Source of the DNA: an uncultured Porphyromonadaceae bacterium
GTDB taxonomy: Bacteria > Bacteroidota > Bacteroidia > Bacteroidales > UBA12481
DNA length: 64,000 bases
Reading direction: 5' to 3'
Assembly: GCA_964512915.1 (NCBI GenBank)
Contig: CAZEKJ010000005.1
Span: 10,394 to 74,393, forward strand
Below, one piece after another: positions 7,710-16,946 of the stretch (within the stretch, counting starts at the first letter, position 1; every line of letters begins with the position of its first letter). The notes below the pieces were generated by a model that saw nothing but the letters and a program-made list of their open reading frames with translations, was not told the DNA's origin and searched no databases. The position numbers and the translations under genes are program-made.

Positions 7710-8621
7710 TTGTTCCACAGTTCACATTCCACATTCAACATCATGAGAGCCATACTTATTTGCGTTGTCCTGATAATGGCCGCTGCAACCAGCCAGGCAC
7801 AGGATAAATTCGACCTTCAGGGCCACCGCGGATGCCGGGGCCTGATGCCGGAAAACACCATACCGGCTTTTATTAAGGCGCTTGACCTGGGTTGCACCAC
7901 ACTGGAGCTCGATGTGGTGATCACTGCCGATAAAAGGGTGGTGGTTTCCCATGAAACCTACATGAACTCGGTTACATGTCTTGATTCCACGGGTGCGCCA
8001 ATCACGAAGGAGAGTCAAAAGAGGTTCAATATTTTCAGATTGACTTATGATCAGGTAAAGAAGTTTGATTGCGGTACTGTGCCTCACCCGGATTTTCCTG
8101 AACAGAAAAAGATGAAAGTCATTAAGCCCCTGCTGAGCGATGTAATCAAGGCTGCCGAGCTCTATGCACGGCAGAAGCAACTGCCCCCTGTGCGGTATAA
8201 TATCGAAATAAAGTGCTCACCTGAAGGGGACAATATAGATCATCCGGAGCCGGGAGTCTTCTCTGAACTGGTGCTTGCTGCAGTAAAAGATGCTGGCGTT
8301 ACAGACCGTATGAATATCCAGTCATTCGATTTGCGGCCGCTCCGGTATATTCATGAAAAATACCCGGCAATACAGCTGGCCCTTCTCATTGCTAACCCGA
8401 AATCAATCGGCGGGAATATCAGTGACCTTGGCTTTACCCCTGCCATTTATAGCCCTTACTATCTGTTAGTCAACAGAAAAGCGGTTAGAAAAGCTCATGC
8501 GGCCGGCATGAAAATCATTCCCTGGACCGTTAATAAGGGAAAAGACATGAACAAAATGAGGGCTTTGGGCGTAGATGGAATTATTACCGACTACCCGGAT
8601 CGGTTTAAATCGGGAAAATAG
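7710..8621 (+). CDS. glycerophosphodiester phosphodiesterase (GDPD) family, secreted
   Basis: FDLQGHRGCRGLMPENTIPAF...LELDVVITADKRVVVSHE is the GDPD catalytic motif. The likelier start is the ATG at 7743 (MRAILICVVLIMAAATSQA, a signal peptide). Confidence 0.85.
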   Translation: MFHSSHSTFNIMRAILICVVLIMAAATSQAQDKFDLQGHRGCRGLMPENTIPAFIKALDLGCTTLELDVVITADKRVVVSHETYMNSVTCLDSTGAPITKESQKRFNIFRLTYDQVKKFDCGTVPHPDFPEQKKMKVIKPLLSDVIKAAELYARQKQLPPVRYNIEIKCSPEGDNIDHPEPGVFSELVLAAVKDAGVTDRMNIQSFDLRPLRYIHEKYPAIQLALLIANPKSIGGNISDLGFTPAIYSPYYLLVNRKAVRKAHAAGMKIIPWTVNKGKDMNKMRALGVDGIITDYPDRFKSGK

Positions 8622-8660
8622 TGCCATTTTCGGTGCAATGCGAAAACGGAAGGAGTTATA

Positions 8661-9464
8661 GTGAAGACAATCAAAAAGATTCGGTACGTATGGAAATTCG
8701 CATACCGGCACCTGTTTTTCAAGGCCTGGTACCGGGTTATCAGCATCCTCGACAAAAAGGCGGAAGTGCTTTTTATGAATTTCGGCTACCATAATGATGA
8801 GCATGTCCTGAACCTGCTTCCGGAGGAGCAGATCAACCGCTATTCAATACACCTCTACCATCAGTTGGTTCACAAGCATCAGCTGTCGGGTAAGAAAATC
8901 CTGGAGGTCGGATGCGGACGGGGTGGCGGTCTGGCTTATGTGAAACGGCAATTCGCTCCGGCCCTGGCAATTGGCCTCGACCTGGACAGCAAGGCGGTTA
9001 AGTTTTGCCGGAATCATCATCCCTCAATAGGTTTGGAATTTGTGGCCGGAAATGCCCATCAGCTGCCTTTTGAGGACAATTCATTCGATTTTGTCATCAA
9101 TGTGGAATCGTCCCACCGGTATGAAAATATAGGTCAGTTTCTGAATGAGGTTCACCGGGTCCTTCGTCCCGGCGGTTTTTTCCTGATTACTGATTTCAGG
9201 CGTGAGTTTTTGGTTGATAAGTTCGACAAAGACCTGAATACATCGAACTTGACAGTGGCTGTGCGGGAGGATATCACCCCAAATGTTACGGCAGCCCTTG
9301 AACGGGACGACGCCCGCAGAAAAGAGCTGATCAACCGGATCGCACCCTTTTTCCTCAAAAAATTGGCACTGGAATTCGCAGGAATAAAGGATTCCGATGT
9401 TTACAGGAACTTTGAGTCGGGCCGGTGGGTCTACCTGAATTATTTTCTACAGAAAGATTCTTGA
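8661..9464 (+). CDS. class I SAM-dependent methyltransferase
   Basis: Motif I ILEVGCGRGGG and post-I/II motifs (FDFVINVES, LRPGGFF). GTG start preceded by AAGGAG (8650-8655). The alternative ATG is at 8775. Confidence 0.75.
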   Translation: MKTIKKIRYVWKFAYRHLFFKAWYRVISILDKKAEVLFMNFGYHNDEHVLNLLPEEQINRYSIHLYHQLVHKHQLSGKKILEVGCGRGGGLAYVKRQFAPALAIGLDLDSKAVKFCRNHHPSIGLEFVAGNAHQLPFEDNSFDFVINVESSHRYENIGQFLNEVHRVLRPGGFFLITDFRREFLVDKFDKDLNTSNLTVAVREDITPNVTAALERDDARRKELINRIAPFFLKKLALEFAGIKDSDVYRNFESGRWVYLNYFLQKDS

Positions 9465-9465
9465 T

Positions 9466-9579
9466 GCGTGAAGCGTGAAGCGTGAACCGTGAAGCGAAAT
9501 ATTGGAACGGTTCTCGCTTCTCGCTTCTCGCTTCTCGCTTCACGCTTCACGCTTCACGATTCATGCTTCACGCTTCACG
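9466..9579. repeat. imperfect palindrome of heptamer arrays: (GCGTGAA)x4 - spacer - (TTCTCGC)x4 (TTCACGC-like)x6
   Basis: Fills the whole gap between convergent genes. It begins 2 nt after the TGA of the methyltransferase and contains the stop of the URO-D-like gene (9568-9570). Confidence 0.9.
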
Positions 9580-10611
9580 TCCCGTCCTGAACATCGTCAG
9601 TATATTCTCAATCGGAATCCCATCATGCAGGGAATGATCGGAAGCCAGGATGTATCCCCCGCCGGGTGAGGCGATTGCAATGGCTTCGCGGACTTCGGCA
9701 GCAACTTCTTCAGGAGTTCCGAAAGGCAGGGTACGTGTAGAGTCGATATTCCCGATAATGCAGAATCGGTTGCCGTATTTTCCCTTGATGGTTCTCAAAT
9801 CCATATGGGCCGTACGCTGCAGGGGATGAACCGAGCAGATCTTGGTCTGGGCCAGGTCGTCCAGATAGGCATTGATGTTCCCGCAGGAGTGCAGCAGTAC
9901 CGGAACCCCCAGACTGTCAATATAATCGGCCATATCATGAATATAAGGCAGGAAAATCTCCCGGAAATGATCCACGGAAAAGAAACAGCTGTTGCTGTCG
10001 CCCAGGTCCTCGCTGATCCAGAGGCCTACACATCCTGATTCCACGGAACGGCGTGCAGCCTCCTTGAAATATTCGTTCGACATTTTCAGCACGTCGGTGA
10101 TCAGGCCGGGGTCCTCATACAGTGCATAACATATGCGTTCGAATCCCATCAGGAGCCAGGCAGTGCAAAGGGGACCACTGACCCCGCCCAGGATGGCCAT
10201 GTTTTCCCGGTTGTTTTCCACCGCGGCAAGGATCTCCGAATTCCGGCCGGGGAGGGTGGGGTCGGGGAGCCTGTATTTTCGAAGGTCTTCCCTCGATTTG
10301 ATCGGGTAATCGATCGGGGCATCAATCGGCCAGGAACTCTCATTTTTCTGATAGGTGGTGCCCCACTCATCCTGATAAACGTTGTCCTTCAGATATTTGG
10401 GCTGCAGTCCGGTAAATCCTCCAAATGGCACCCAAACCCCGTCGTGATCCAGCGCCAGCGCGCACTCCACAGCATCCTTGCCGTTATAACCCTCGGGTTT
10501 ATGCCCGATCAGGTGTTCATACAACGGCTGCTGAAACAGAAAATCAAACATCGGGACGCGATCCGGCACCTCCCGCCTCAACGCACTTAAAAAACGCTCT
10601 TTCCTATTCAT
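9568..10611 (-). CDS. uroporphyrinogen decarboxylase (URO-D) superfamily protein, MtaA/CmuA-like
   Basis: MNRKERFLSALRREVPDRVPMFD at the N-terminus, with length and C-terminus typical of URO-D-like methyltransferases. I prefer the ATG at 10611 over the track's GTG at 10617, which lies inside the repeat array. Confidence 0.7.
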   Translation of the reverse strand: MNRKERFLSALRREVPDRVPMFDFLFQQPLYEHLIGHKPEGYNGKDAVECALALDHDGVWVPFGGFTGLQPKYLKDNVYQDEWGTTYQKNESSWPIDAPIDYPIKSREDLRKYRLPDPTLPGRNSEILAAVENNRENMAILGGVSGPLCTAWLLMGFERICYALYEDPGLITDVLKMSNEYFKEAARRSVESGCVGLWISEDLGDSNSCFFSVDHFREIFLPYIHDMADYIDSLGVPVLLHSCGNINAYLDDLAQTKICSVHPLQRTAHMDLRTIKGKYGNRFCIIGNIDSTRTLPFGTPEEVAAEVREAIAIASPGGGYILASDHSLHDGIPIENILTMFRTGREA

Positions 10612-10612
10612 T

Positions 10613-10650
10613 GGCACATTGGCACATTAGCACATTAGCACATTAACACC
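10613..10650. repeat. octamer tandem array GGCACATT/AGCACATT (~4.7 units)
   Basis: Counted by hand. Same family and orientation as 12090-12145. Confidence 0.9.
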
Positions 10651-11988
10651 TCACCGTTTGAGTACGATATGTTCCAACTCTTCCAGTGATTTTCCCTTAG
10701 TCTCAACAAGGTATTTCCAGAAGAAAAAGAAGCTGATGAGGGTGGCGATGCAGTAAAAGCCGAAAACAGGGCCGGTGCCCATCTGTCCCATCACGATCGG
10801 GAAAAGGAAGGAGGTGGCGCAGTTAACCACCCATACGGCAAAGGAGCTGATGGCTGCCCCCCGGGCCCGGATAGCATTCGGGAACATCTCGGAAATGATC
10901 ACCCAGATCACCACTCCCATGGTGCTGGCAAAGGATGCAACATAGCAGATTACGCAGACCAGCAGCGCAAAGCCGCTAAACCAGTTATAGGTCATGCCCG
11001 ACCAGATCAGTCCGAGAAATACCGTCATGCCTGCAGCTCCGAACATCAGAAGTGATTTGCGGCCAACCTTATCGATAAGAGACATTCCGATGAACGTGAA
11101 CACCAGATTGGTAGCCCCGATGATAACCGTCTGCAGAAATGCGGAATCGCTGGAGAAGCCGGCCGATTGAAAGATGGTGGGCGCATAGTACATGATCACG
11201 TTGATTCCGGTGAACTGACTAAAGGTTCCCAGAATCATCCCGATGATCACAATGCGGGTATAGGGCTTTTTGAAGAGAGGAGTTCTCACCCCATTGGTGT
11301 TCTTCTGCACGGAGGCTATAATCTCCTCCATTTCCGGACCGGTATCGCGGCCCGGATTGAGGCGTTCGATGACCCGGCGGGCTTCATCGTTTTTCCCCAT
11401 GAGTACCAGCCACCGCGGGCTCTGGGAGACGAAGAACAAGAGGATGAAAAATAGCACCGCGGGAATGCTGCCGGCCAGGAACATCCAGCGCCAGTTATTT
11501 TCACCGGTGTTTACCAGCAGGTAGTTGGAAAAGAATGCCACGAGAATTCCTGTAACAATCGCCAATTGGCTGATAGCCACCAGACGCCCCCGGATTTTTG
11601 CAGGTGAGATTTCAGAGATATACATCGGGCTTAAAACCGATGCACCCCCAATGGCAAGACCACCGATGAACCGGAATAACACGAAGATAGTCAGGTTATT
11701 AGCCAATGCAGTACCAACTGCTGAAAGTAGAAAGAGCAGCGCCATCATTTTCAGCATGAAGCGCCTGCCATACAGGTCACCGGGTTTGCCAACGGCCATC
11801 GAACCTACCACGCAGCCGATCAGGGCCGAAGAAACCGCCCATCCCAGCATTGCATCTGTCAGGTTAAAATATTCTGTAATGAACGGGATGGTTCCCGAAA
11901 TCACGGCAGTGTCAAAACCAAACAGCAATCCGCCGAGTGCGGCGGTGAAGCTGTTGGCGGCGAGTAGGAAGCGGGGGTGGGGGGACAT
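10651..11988 (-). CDS. MFS sugar porter (sugar:H+ symporter family)
   Basis: 445 aa with about 12 TM segments. Contains GRRFMLK, SQSPRWL and the PETKG-like VETKGKSLEELE motifs of the sugar-porter family. Confidence 0.85.
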   Translation of the reverse strand: MSPHPRFLLAANSFTAALGGLLFGFDTAVISGTIPFITEYFNLTDAMLGWAVSSALIGCVVGSMAVGKPGDLYGRRFMLKMMALLFLLSAVGTALANNLTIFVLFRFIGGLAIGGASVLSPMYISEISPAKIRGRLVAISQLAIVTGILVAFFSNYLLVNTGENNWRWMFLAGSIPAVLFFILLFFVSQSPRWLVLMGKNDEARRVIERLNPGRDTGPEMEEIIASVQKNTNGVRTPLFKKPYTRIVIIGMILGTFSQFTGINVIMYYAPTIFQSAGFSSDSAFLQTVIIGATNLVFTFIGMSLIDKVGRKSLLMFGAAGMTVFLGLIWSGMTYNWFSGFALLVCVICYVASFASTMGVVIWVIISEMFPNAIRARGAAISSFAVWVVNCATSFLFPIVMGQMGTGPVFGFYCIATLISFFFFWKYLVETKGKSLEELEHIVLKR

Positions 11989-12043
11989 GTTGCTGGTTAT
12001 TGGTTGCTGGTTGCCAGTTGCCGGTTGCCGGTTTGGGCCAGAA
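11989..12043. repeat. heptamer array GTTGCTG/GTTGCCG (to 12035) + junction GGCCAGAA (12036-12043)
   Basis: The array starts at the nucleotide after the MFS start codon (CAT at 11986-11988). Confidence 0.9.
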
Positions 12044-12089
12044 GTTTATTTGTGTAATTTCTTAACTTGACTGATTCGTTTCCTTAATT

Positions 12090-12145
12090 AGCAAATTGGC
12101 ACATTAGCACATTAGCACATTGGCACATTAGCAAATTGGCACATT
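12090..12145. repeat. octamer tandem array AGCAAATT/GGCACATT/AGCACATT (7 units)
   Basis: Counted by hand with period 8. Confidence 0.9.
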
Positions 12146-12175
12146 AAATTATCTTTAGAGCAAATTAAACTAATT

Positions 12176-13468
12176 ATGAAACGCGCAGCCCTTCGGTTTT
12201 CCGGTTTATTTATCCTGATGTTCGCCTTGGCTTTTGTTAGTGAAGCCCAGGATACACAATATGTTCGTAAACAACTGATTAAGCTCTGCGGTCCGGAGAT
12301 GCACGGCCGGGGGTATTATAAGCGCGGCGACAGCATTGCAGCTTTTTATATTGCCGACCAGTTCAGGCAGCTTGGGGTAAAAACCTTTAACGGCGACTTT
12401 ATCCAGCGGTACCATTTCAATGTTAACCGCATCAACCGCACTTCAGTAAAATTCAACGGAAAGGAATTGAAGTTCAACAGTGAATACGTGGTGAGTCCCT
12501 ATTCGGCATCCGTGAAGGGAACCTTTAAACCCGTTATGATCAATGCAGCCCGAATGCAGAACACTGAAAAATTCCTTGAAGCTGTGAATGGCGTCGCCTC
12601 TCCTAAAGTGCTCATACTGGATTCAACAGGTCTCAAAAATCCGGGTCTGTACAGGTTTATCCGCGGACTGGCTTCAGCAAAGGAGATGGGCATTATTGCC
12701 ATTATTGAGGTGTTCCCAACAACACCGGGAACACATCCGGGCCGCTGGCAGGGAAAGATTGCGGAAATCAAGGTGGGCAAGCCGGCGATCCCTGAGGTTC
12801 TTAACGAAGTGATTCTTGATATTGAAGGTGAATACATGGAACGGTATCCTACCCAGAATGTGGTTGGATTCATCCAGGGACAGACCGATCAGTTTATCGT
12901 TTTTACTGCCCATTATGACGGTTACGGTTCGTATGGAGAAGGTAACTACAATGCCGCAGCTGAGGACAACGGCAGTGGTACCGCAATGGTAATGGACCTT
13001 GCAAGGCATTATATGGCTGGTAAAAAGCCCTATTATTCAATGGCTTTCATGCTTTTCAGCGGCGAGGAAGTAGGCCTGATGGGATCAAAGAATTATGTAA
13101 ACAATCCGATGTTCCCGCTCGAAAAAATAAAGCTCGTCATTAACCTCGACATGGTGATGACCGGTCAGGACGGAGTACTCCTTTTTGGTGGCAATAACTG
13201 GCCTAATGAAGCCTCTATCGTCCAGAAGATCAATGAGAAAAATCAATACATGAAGAATGTTGAAAACCGCGACGGCACCGCTAACAGCGACCATTTTCCG
13301 TTCCAGGAAAAGGGTATCCCGGCGATCTTCTTCCTCACCAAAGGTCCATCCGGCAGAGGCCACGGACCGGATGACACCTACAACAAGCTTCCTCTCTACG
13401 CATATGAGAATCTTTTTAAACTGGTGACTGAGATCCCGGAAGAACTCAAAAAGCAAGAGATTCGGTAG
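12176..13468 (+). CDS. M28 family metallopeptidase, secreted
   Basis: Signal peptide, then AEDNGSGTAMVMDLARHY and FMLFSGEEVGLMGSKNYV, which are the M28 zinc-ligand motifs. Confidence 0.8.
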   Translation: MKRAALRFSGLFILMFALAFVSEAQDTQYVRKQLIKLCGPEMHGRGYYKRGDSIAAFYIADQFRQLGVKTFNGDFIQRYHFNVNRINRTSVKFNGKELKFNSEYVVSPYSASVKGTFKPVMINAARMQNTEKFLEAVNGVASPKVLILDSTGLKNPGLYRFIRGLASAKEMGIIAIIEVFPTTPGTHPGRWQGKIAEIKVGKPAIPEVLNEVILDIEGEYMERYPTQNVVGFIQGQTDQFIVFTAHYDGYGSYGEGNYNAAAEDNGSGTAMVMDLARHYMAGKKPYYSMAFMLFSGEEVGLMGSKNYVNNPMFPLEKIKLVINLDMVMTGQDGVLLFGGNNWPNEASIVQKINEKNQYMKNVENRDGTANSDHFPFQEKGIPAIFFLTKGPSGRGHGPDDTYNKLPLYAYENLFKLVTEIPEELKKQEIR

Positions 13469-13474
13469 AAGACC

Positions 13475-13506
13475 AAGAGACTTAGAGACTACGAGACTGA
13501 GAGATC
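13475..13506. repeat. octamer array AAGAGACT/TAGAGACT/ACGAGACT (inverse orientation of the AGTCTnnn family)
   Basis: Counted by hand, 4 units. Confidence 0.8.
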
Positions 13507-13517
13507 AGGATATGAAG

Positions 13518-13554
13518 TCGTAAATCGTAAATTGTAAATCGTAAATCGTAAATC
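13518..13554. repeat. heptamer tandem array TCGTAAA (~5.3 units)
   Basis: Counted by hand. It ends 6 nt before the TerC start codon. Confidence 0.9.
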
Positions 13555-13560
13555 AGGAAA

Positions 13561-14487
13561 ATGGGAAGTTTACCGGAGAACGGCTGGCTTTGGGCCGGTT
13601 TTGTAGTTTTTGTAATCTGCATGCTCCTGCTGGATCTTGTGGTTTTCAATAAGAAAGCCCACGAGATCAAAATGAAGGAGGCCCTGCTCCTGAGTCTTTT
13701 CTGGATTTCACTGGCGGTAGCTTTTAATATCGGTGTCTGGAAGTTTCTCGGTACACAAAAGGCACTCGAATTCCTTACCGCTTACCTTATAGAGGAATCC
13801 CTTTCAATCGACAACCTCTTCGTGTTCATCATGATCTTCACCTATTTTCAGGTGAAACCGGAATATCAGCATAAAATTCTTTTCTGGGGGATTATTGGCG
13901 CCATGGTGATGAGGGCAATCTTTATTGTTACTGGCGTGGCTCTCATCCACCGGTTCGAATGGATCATCTATGTTTTCGGGGGCTTCCTTGTTATCACCGG
14001 GATCCGGATGATGTTCGACAAAGGAAAGCAAATCGATCCGGAAAAAAATCCCGTGATCCGGCTGGCAAGGAAACTGATACCGGTAACGCCTGACACCCAT
14101 GGCAGCCGGTTGTTTGTCAGGATTAACCATAAAACGTTTGCAACGCCTCTGTTTATTACCCTGATCATGATTGAGGTTACGGACCTGATTTTTGCAGTGG
14201 ATTCCATTCCGGCCGTGCTCGCTATCTCTTCCGATCCGTTTATTGTCTATACTTCGAACGTTTTTGCGATTCTCGGGCTCAGATCACTCTATTTTGCCCT
14301 GGCTTCCATTATCAAATACTTTCGTTTTCTTAAATACGGTCTTGCCGCCATACTGTTTTTCGTTGGGAGTAAGATGATTGTTTCATCTTTTTATAAGCTT
14401 CCCATTGGAGTTGCTCTGGGAACAGTTTTTGGGATACTTTTTCTTTCGGTGGTATTGTCGTTAATCATCCCTGAAAAAAAAGAGTAA
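13561..14487 (+). CDS. TerC/Alx family integral membrane protein
   Basis: LTAYLIEESLSIDNLFVFIMIF and a second DSIPAVLAI motif, characteristic of TerC. Confidence 0.85.
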   Translation: MGSLPENGWLWAGFVVFVICMLLLDLVVFNKKAHEIKMKEALLLSLFWISLAVAFNIGVWKFLGTQKALEFLTAYLIEESLSIDNLFVFIMIFTYFQVKPEYQHKILFWGIIGAMVMRAIFIVTGVALIHRFEWIIYVFGGFLVITGIRMMFDKGKQIDPEKNPVIRLARKLIPVTPDTHGSRLFVRINHKTFATPLFITLIMIEVTDLIFAVDSIPAVLAISSDPFIVYTSNVFAILGLRSLYFALASIIKYFRFLKYGLAAILFFVGSKMIVSSFYKLPIGVALGTVFGILFLSVVLSLIIPEKKE

Positions 14488-14513
14488 GTTTGCTAATTCT
14501 TATACCTAAACCG

Positions 14514-15161
14514 ATGGCAAAAGGATTCCTGCGCAAAATTCTTCTCCCCAAAGAAGATAAGTTTTTCCCAATGTTTGAAGAAATGGCTGATTTGATTTCA
14601 AAGGCCGCTGCAATCCTTAAACGTATTATTGATGCGGGTCTGCCGTATGATGAAAACGAGGCTTTTGCCGAGATTAAAATGCTCGAAAACAAAGCGGATG
14701 ATATCGTACACAATGTCCTTGATACTGTGGATTCTTCGTTCATTACTCCCTTTGACAGGGAGGACATCCAGCGACTGATCTCGAAAATGGATGACGTGAT
14801 CGATCTTATCAACTCAACGAGCCAGCAGATTAAACTTTACAAGCCCAAGAGCAGGATGCCCCAGGTGCGTGATTTGGCGCAGATTATTGTCAGTGGGTGT
14901 GAGCAAATCAGAATTGCCGCACCGGAATTGCGTAATCTCAAGAAATCAGAAAAGCTCCATGCTGCCTGTCTTGCCATGAATGACCTGGAAAACCAGGCCG
15001 ACGATGTGTTCCATGAGATGATCTCCACCCTTTTCCAGACAGAGACCAATCCGATAGAATTGGTTAAGCGGAAGGAAATCATTGAGACCATGGAAGAGAT
15101 CACAGATTGCATTGAGGATGTGTCAGACGTGCTGAAAACGATAATGATTAAATCTGCTTAA
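14514..15161 (+). CDS. DUF47 (PhoU-like, Pit accessory) protein
   Basis: MAKGFLRKILLPKEDKFFPMFEEMA... is the usual DUF47 N-terminus. I chose the ATG at 14514 over the track's non-ATG start at 14490. It sits directly upstream of a PiT transporter. Confidence 0.75.
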   Translation: MAKGFLRKILLPKEDKFFPMFEEMADLISKAAAILKRIIDAGLPYDENEAFAEIKMLENKADDIVHNVLDTVDSSFITPFDREDIQRLISKMDDVIDLINSTSQQIKLYKPKSRMPQVRDLAQIIVSGCEQIRIAAPELRNLKKSEKLHAACLAMNDLENQADDVFHEMISTLFQTETNPIELVKRKEIIETMEEITDCIEDVSDVLKTIMIKSA

Positions 15162-15171
15162 CCTTAAATTT

Positions 15172-16164
15172 ATGACGTGGTTTATCATCTTCATTATTGT
15201 TGTTGCACTGGCATTCGACTTCCTCAATGGAATGAATGATGCAGCCAACTCAATTGCAACCGTTGTTTCAACCAAGGTGTTAAGCCCAACCCAGGGTGTA
15301 ATCTGGGCAGCTTTCTGGAATTTTGCAGCTGTGTTTATTTTCGGTGTTCATGTTGCTAAAACCATCGGCAAGGGAATTGTTGATGCCGATATTGTGAACG
15401 AATATGTCATCTTTTCGGCCCTCATGGGAGCCATTGTCTGGGTTTATACGTGCACTCACCTGGGGCTGCCGATCAGTGTTTCACATTCCCTGATCGGAGG
15501 TTTAATAGGACCTGCTTTATTGATAGGAGGCCCGGATGCGCTGATCGCCACCGGAATTATTAAGATTGTTTTGTTTATTTTCCTTTCACCAATTGTGGGT
15601 TTCCTCCTTGGCTATCTGTTGATGGTAGCAACCATGTGGGTTTTCCGAAAAACATCGCCCCGAAAGGTTGATGGCGTATTCAGGGGCATGCAGCTTCTAT
15701 CTTCTGCCGTTTTCAGCCTGGGACATGGAAGCAATGATGCCCAAAAAACAATCGGAATCATAACGATTCTGCTTTTCAGTACCGGAAACCTGACCGGAGA
15801 ATTTCACGTTCCGGTGTGGGTGATTTTCGCCAGTTACACCACCATCGGTCTTGGCACCCTTGCAGGAGGCTGGAAAGTCATTAAGACTCTCGGGACCTCC
15901 CTCACCCACCTTAAGCCGGTTCAGGGTTTTTCTGCTGAAACTGCTGGTGCAATAACCGTAATCGGAAGCACCCTCGGAGGGATTCCGGTTAGTACTACTC
16001 ATACGATCACCGGGTCAATCATGGGTGTCGGATCGGTTAAACGACTCAGCGCGGTTCGCTGGGGGGTGGCAGGTAACATTATTCTGGCCTGGGTATTAAC
16101 AATTCCCGGAGCTATGCTCATCAGTACCGGCGTCTATTGGATTGTCAGCCTGATAATCAAATAA
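15172..16164 (+). CDS. inorganic phosphate transporter, PiT (PHO4) family
   Basis: FLNGMNDAANSIATVVSTKVL plus the duplicated GSNDAQKTIG motif. Confidence 0.9.
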   Translation: MTWFIIFIIVVALAFDFLNGMNDAANSIATVVSTKVLSPTQGVIWAAFWNFAAVFIFGVHVAKTIGKGIVDADIVNEYVIFSALMGAIVWVYTCTHLGLPISVSHSLIGGLIGPALLIGGPDALIATGIIKIVLFIFLSPIVGFLLGYLLMVATMWVFRKTSPRKVDGVFRGMQLLSSAVFSLGHGSNDAQKTIGIITILLFSTGNLTGEFHVPVWVIFASYTTIGLGTLAGGWKVIKTLGTSLTHLKPVQGFSAETAGAITVIGSTLGGIPVSTTHTITGSIMGVGSVKRLSAVRWGVAGNIILAWVLTIPGAMLISTGVYWIVSLIIK

Positions 16165-16190
16165 CAAATCCCTCCCTCATACCCTCTTAA

Positions 16191-16278
16191 AGTCTTACAG
16201 TCTTACAGTCTTACAGTCTTACAGTCTTAAAGTCTTACAGTCTTAAAGTCTTACAGTCTCTCCGTCTCTAAGTCTTCC
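16191..16278. repeat. octamer tandem array AGTCTTAC/AGTCTTAA (11 units)
   Basis: Counted by hand. The last units, CGTCTCTA and AGTCTTCC, contain the phoU stop codon and its last three codons. Confidence 0.95.
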
Positions 16279-16933
16279 TCTTCGAGTGCCTCAATACTTT
16301 CGCTTCCAGGTAAAAGATCAACTCCTCAGCCATGTTCTTGGTCTGATCCCCGACCCGTTCGAGTTTTCTAATAACCGATAGCAGGCATAAAATGTCGTGA
16401 GTATGTTCAGGATGCTGCTTGATCAGATCAGCAGCTACACTGTTTGAATTCATCTTGATCTGATCCAGACTATCATCTTTTTTAAATATTTGCCTGGCTT
16501 TTTGGGCATCTTCTTTTTCGAAAGCCGACGACATGATCTGCAGCATGGTAAGTGAAATGTCGAACATCTCTGGAATACGCATGTCCTTTAAACAGGACGG
16601 ATCAATGGGTTTTTTGAGATCGCGGACAATGGTGGCTATGTTGTATGCATAATCTCCTATTCGCTCAATGTTGTAATTGGTTTTCAGAGCTGAAAGAACA
16701 AATCTCAGATCATTTGCCACGGGGCTGAAAAGTGCCAGCGTATTCTCGCAGTCCATATTGATCTTCAGTTCGTATGCATCCACCCGGCGCTCATTTCGCG
16801 AAATCTCCTCCACAAGCTCCTTGTCAAAATGCTCCAGGGCCGCTCTTGATTTAACCAATTGGTTTATCACCAGGTTGCCCATCTCAATAAGGTTGGTTTT
16901 CAGTGCATTTAATTCGTTGGGAATGTGTGTCAT
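16268..16933 (-). CDS. phoU: phosphate signalling complex protein PhoU
   Basis: 221 aa with two PhoU repeats (E..RNERRVD... and IRKLERVGDQTKNMAEE). Located downstream of pstB. Confidence 0.9.
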   Translation of the reverse strand: MTHIPNELNALKTNLIEMGNLVINQLVKSRAALEHFDKELVEEISRNERRVDAYELKINMDCENTLALFSPVANDLRFVLSALKTNYNIERIGDYAYNIATIVRDLKKPIDPSCLKDMRIPEMFDISLTMLQIMSSAFEKEDAQKARQIFKKDDSLDQIKMNSNSVAADLIKQHPEHTHDILCLLSVIRKLERVGDQTKNMAEELIFYLEAKVLRHSKRKT

Positions 16934-16946
16934 ACCTTAATGTTTT

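Noticed and set aside
13469-13560. yybP-ykoY Mn2+ riboswitch upstream of TerC
   Set aside because: The 92-nt leader consists only of AGAGACT and TCGTAAA arrays, and the conserved riboswitch core is not present.
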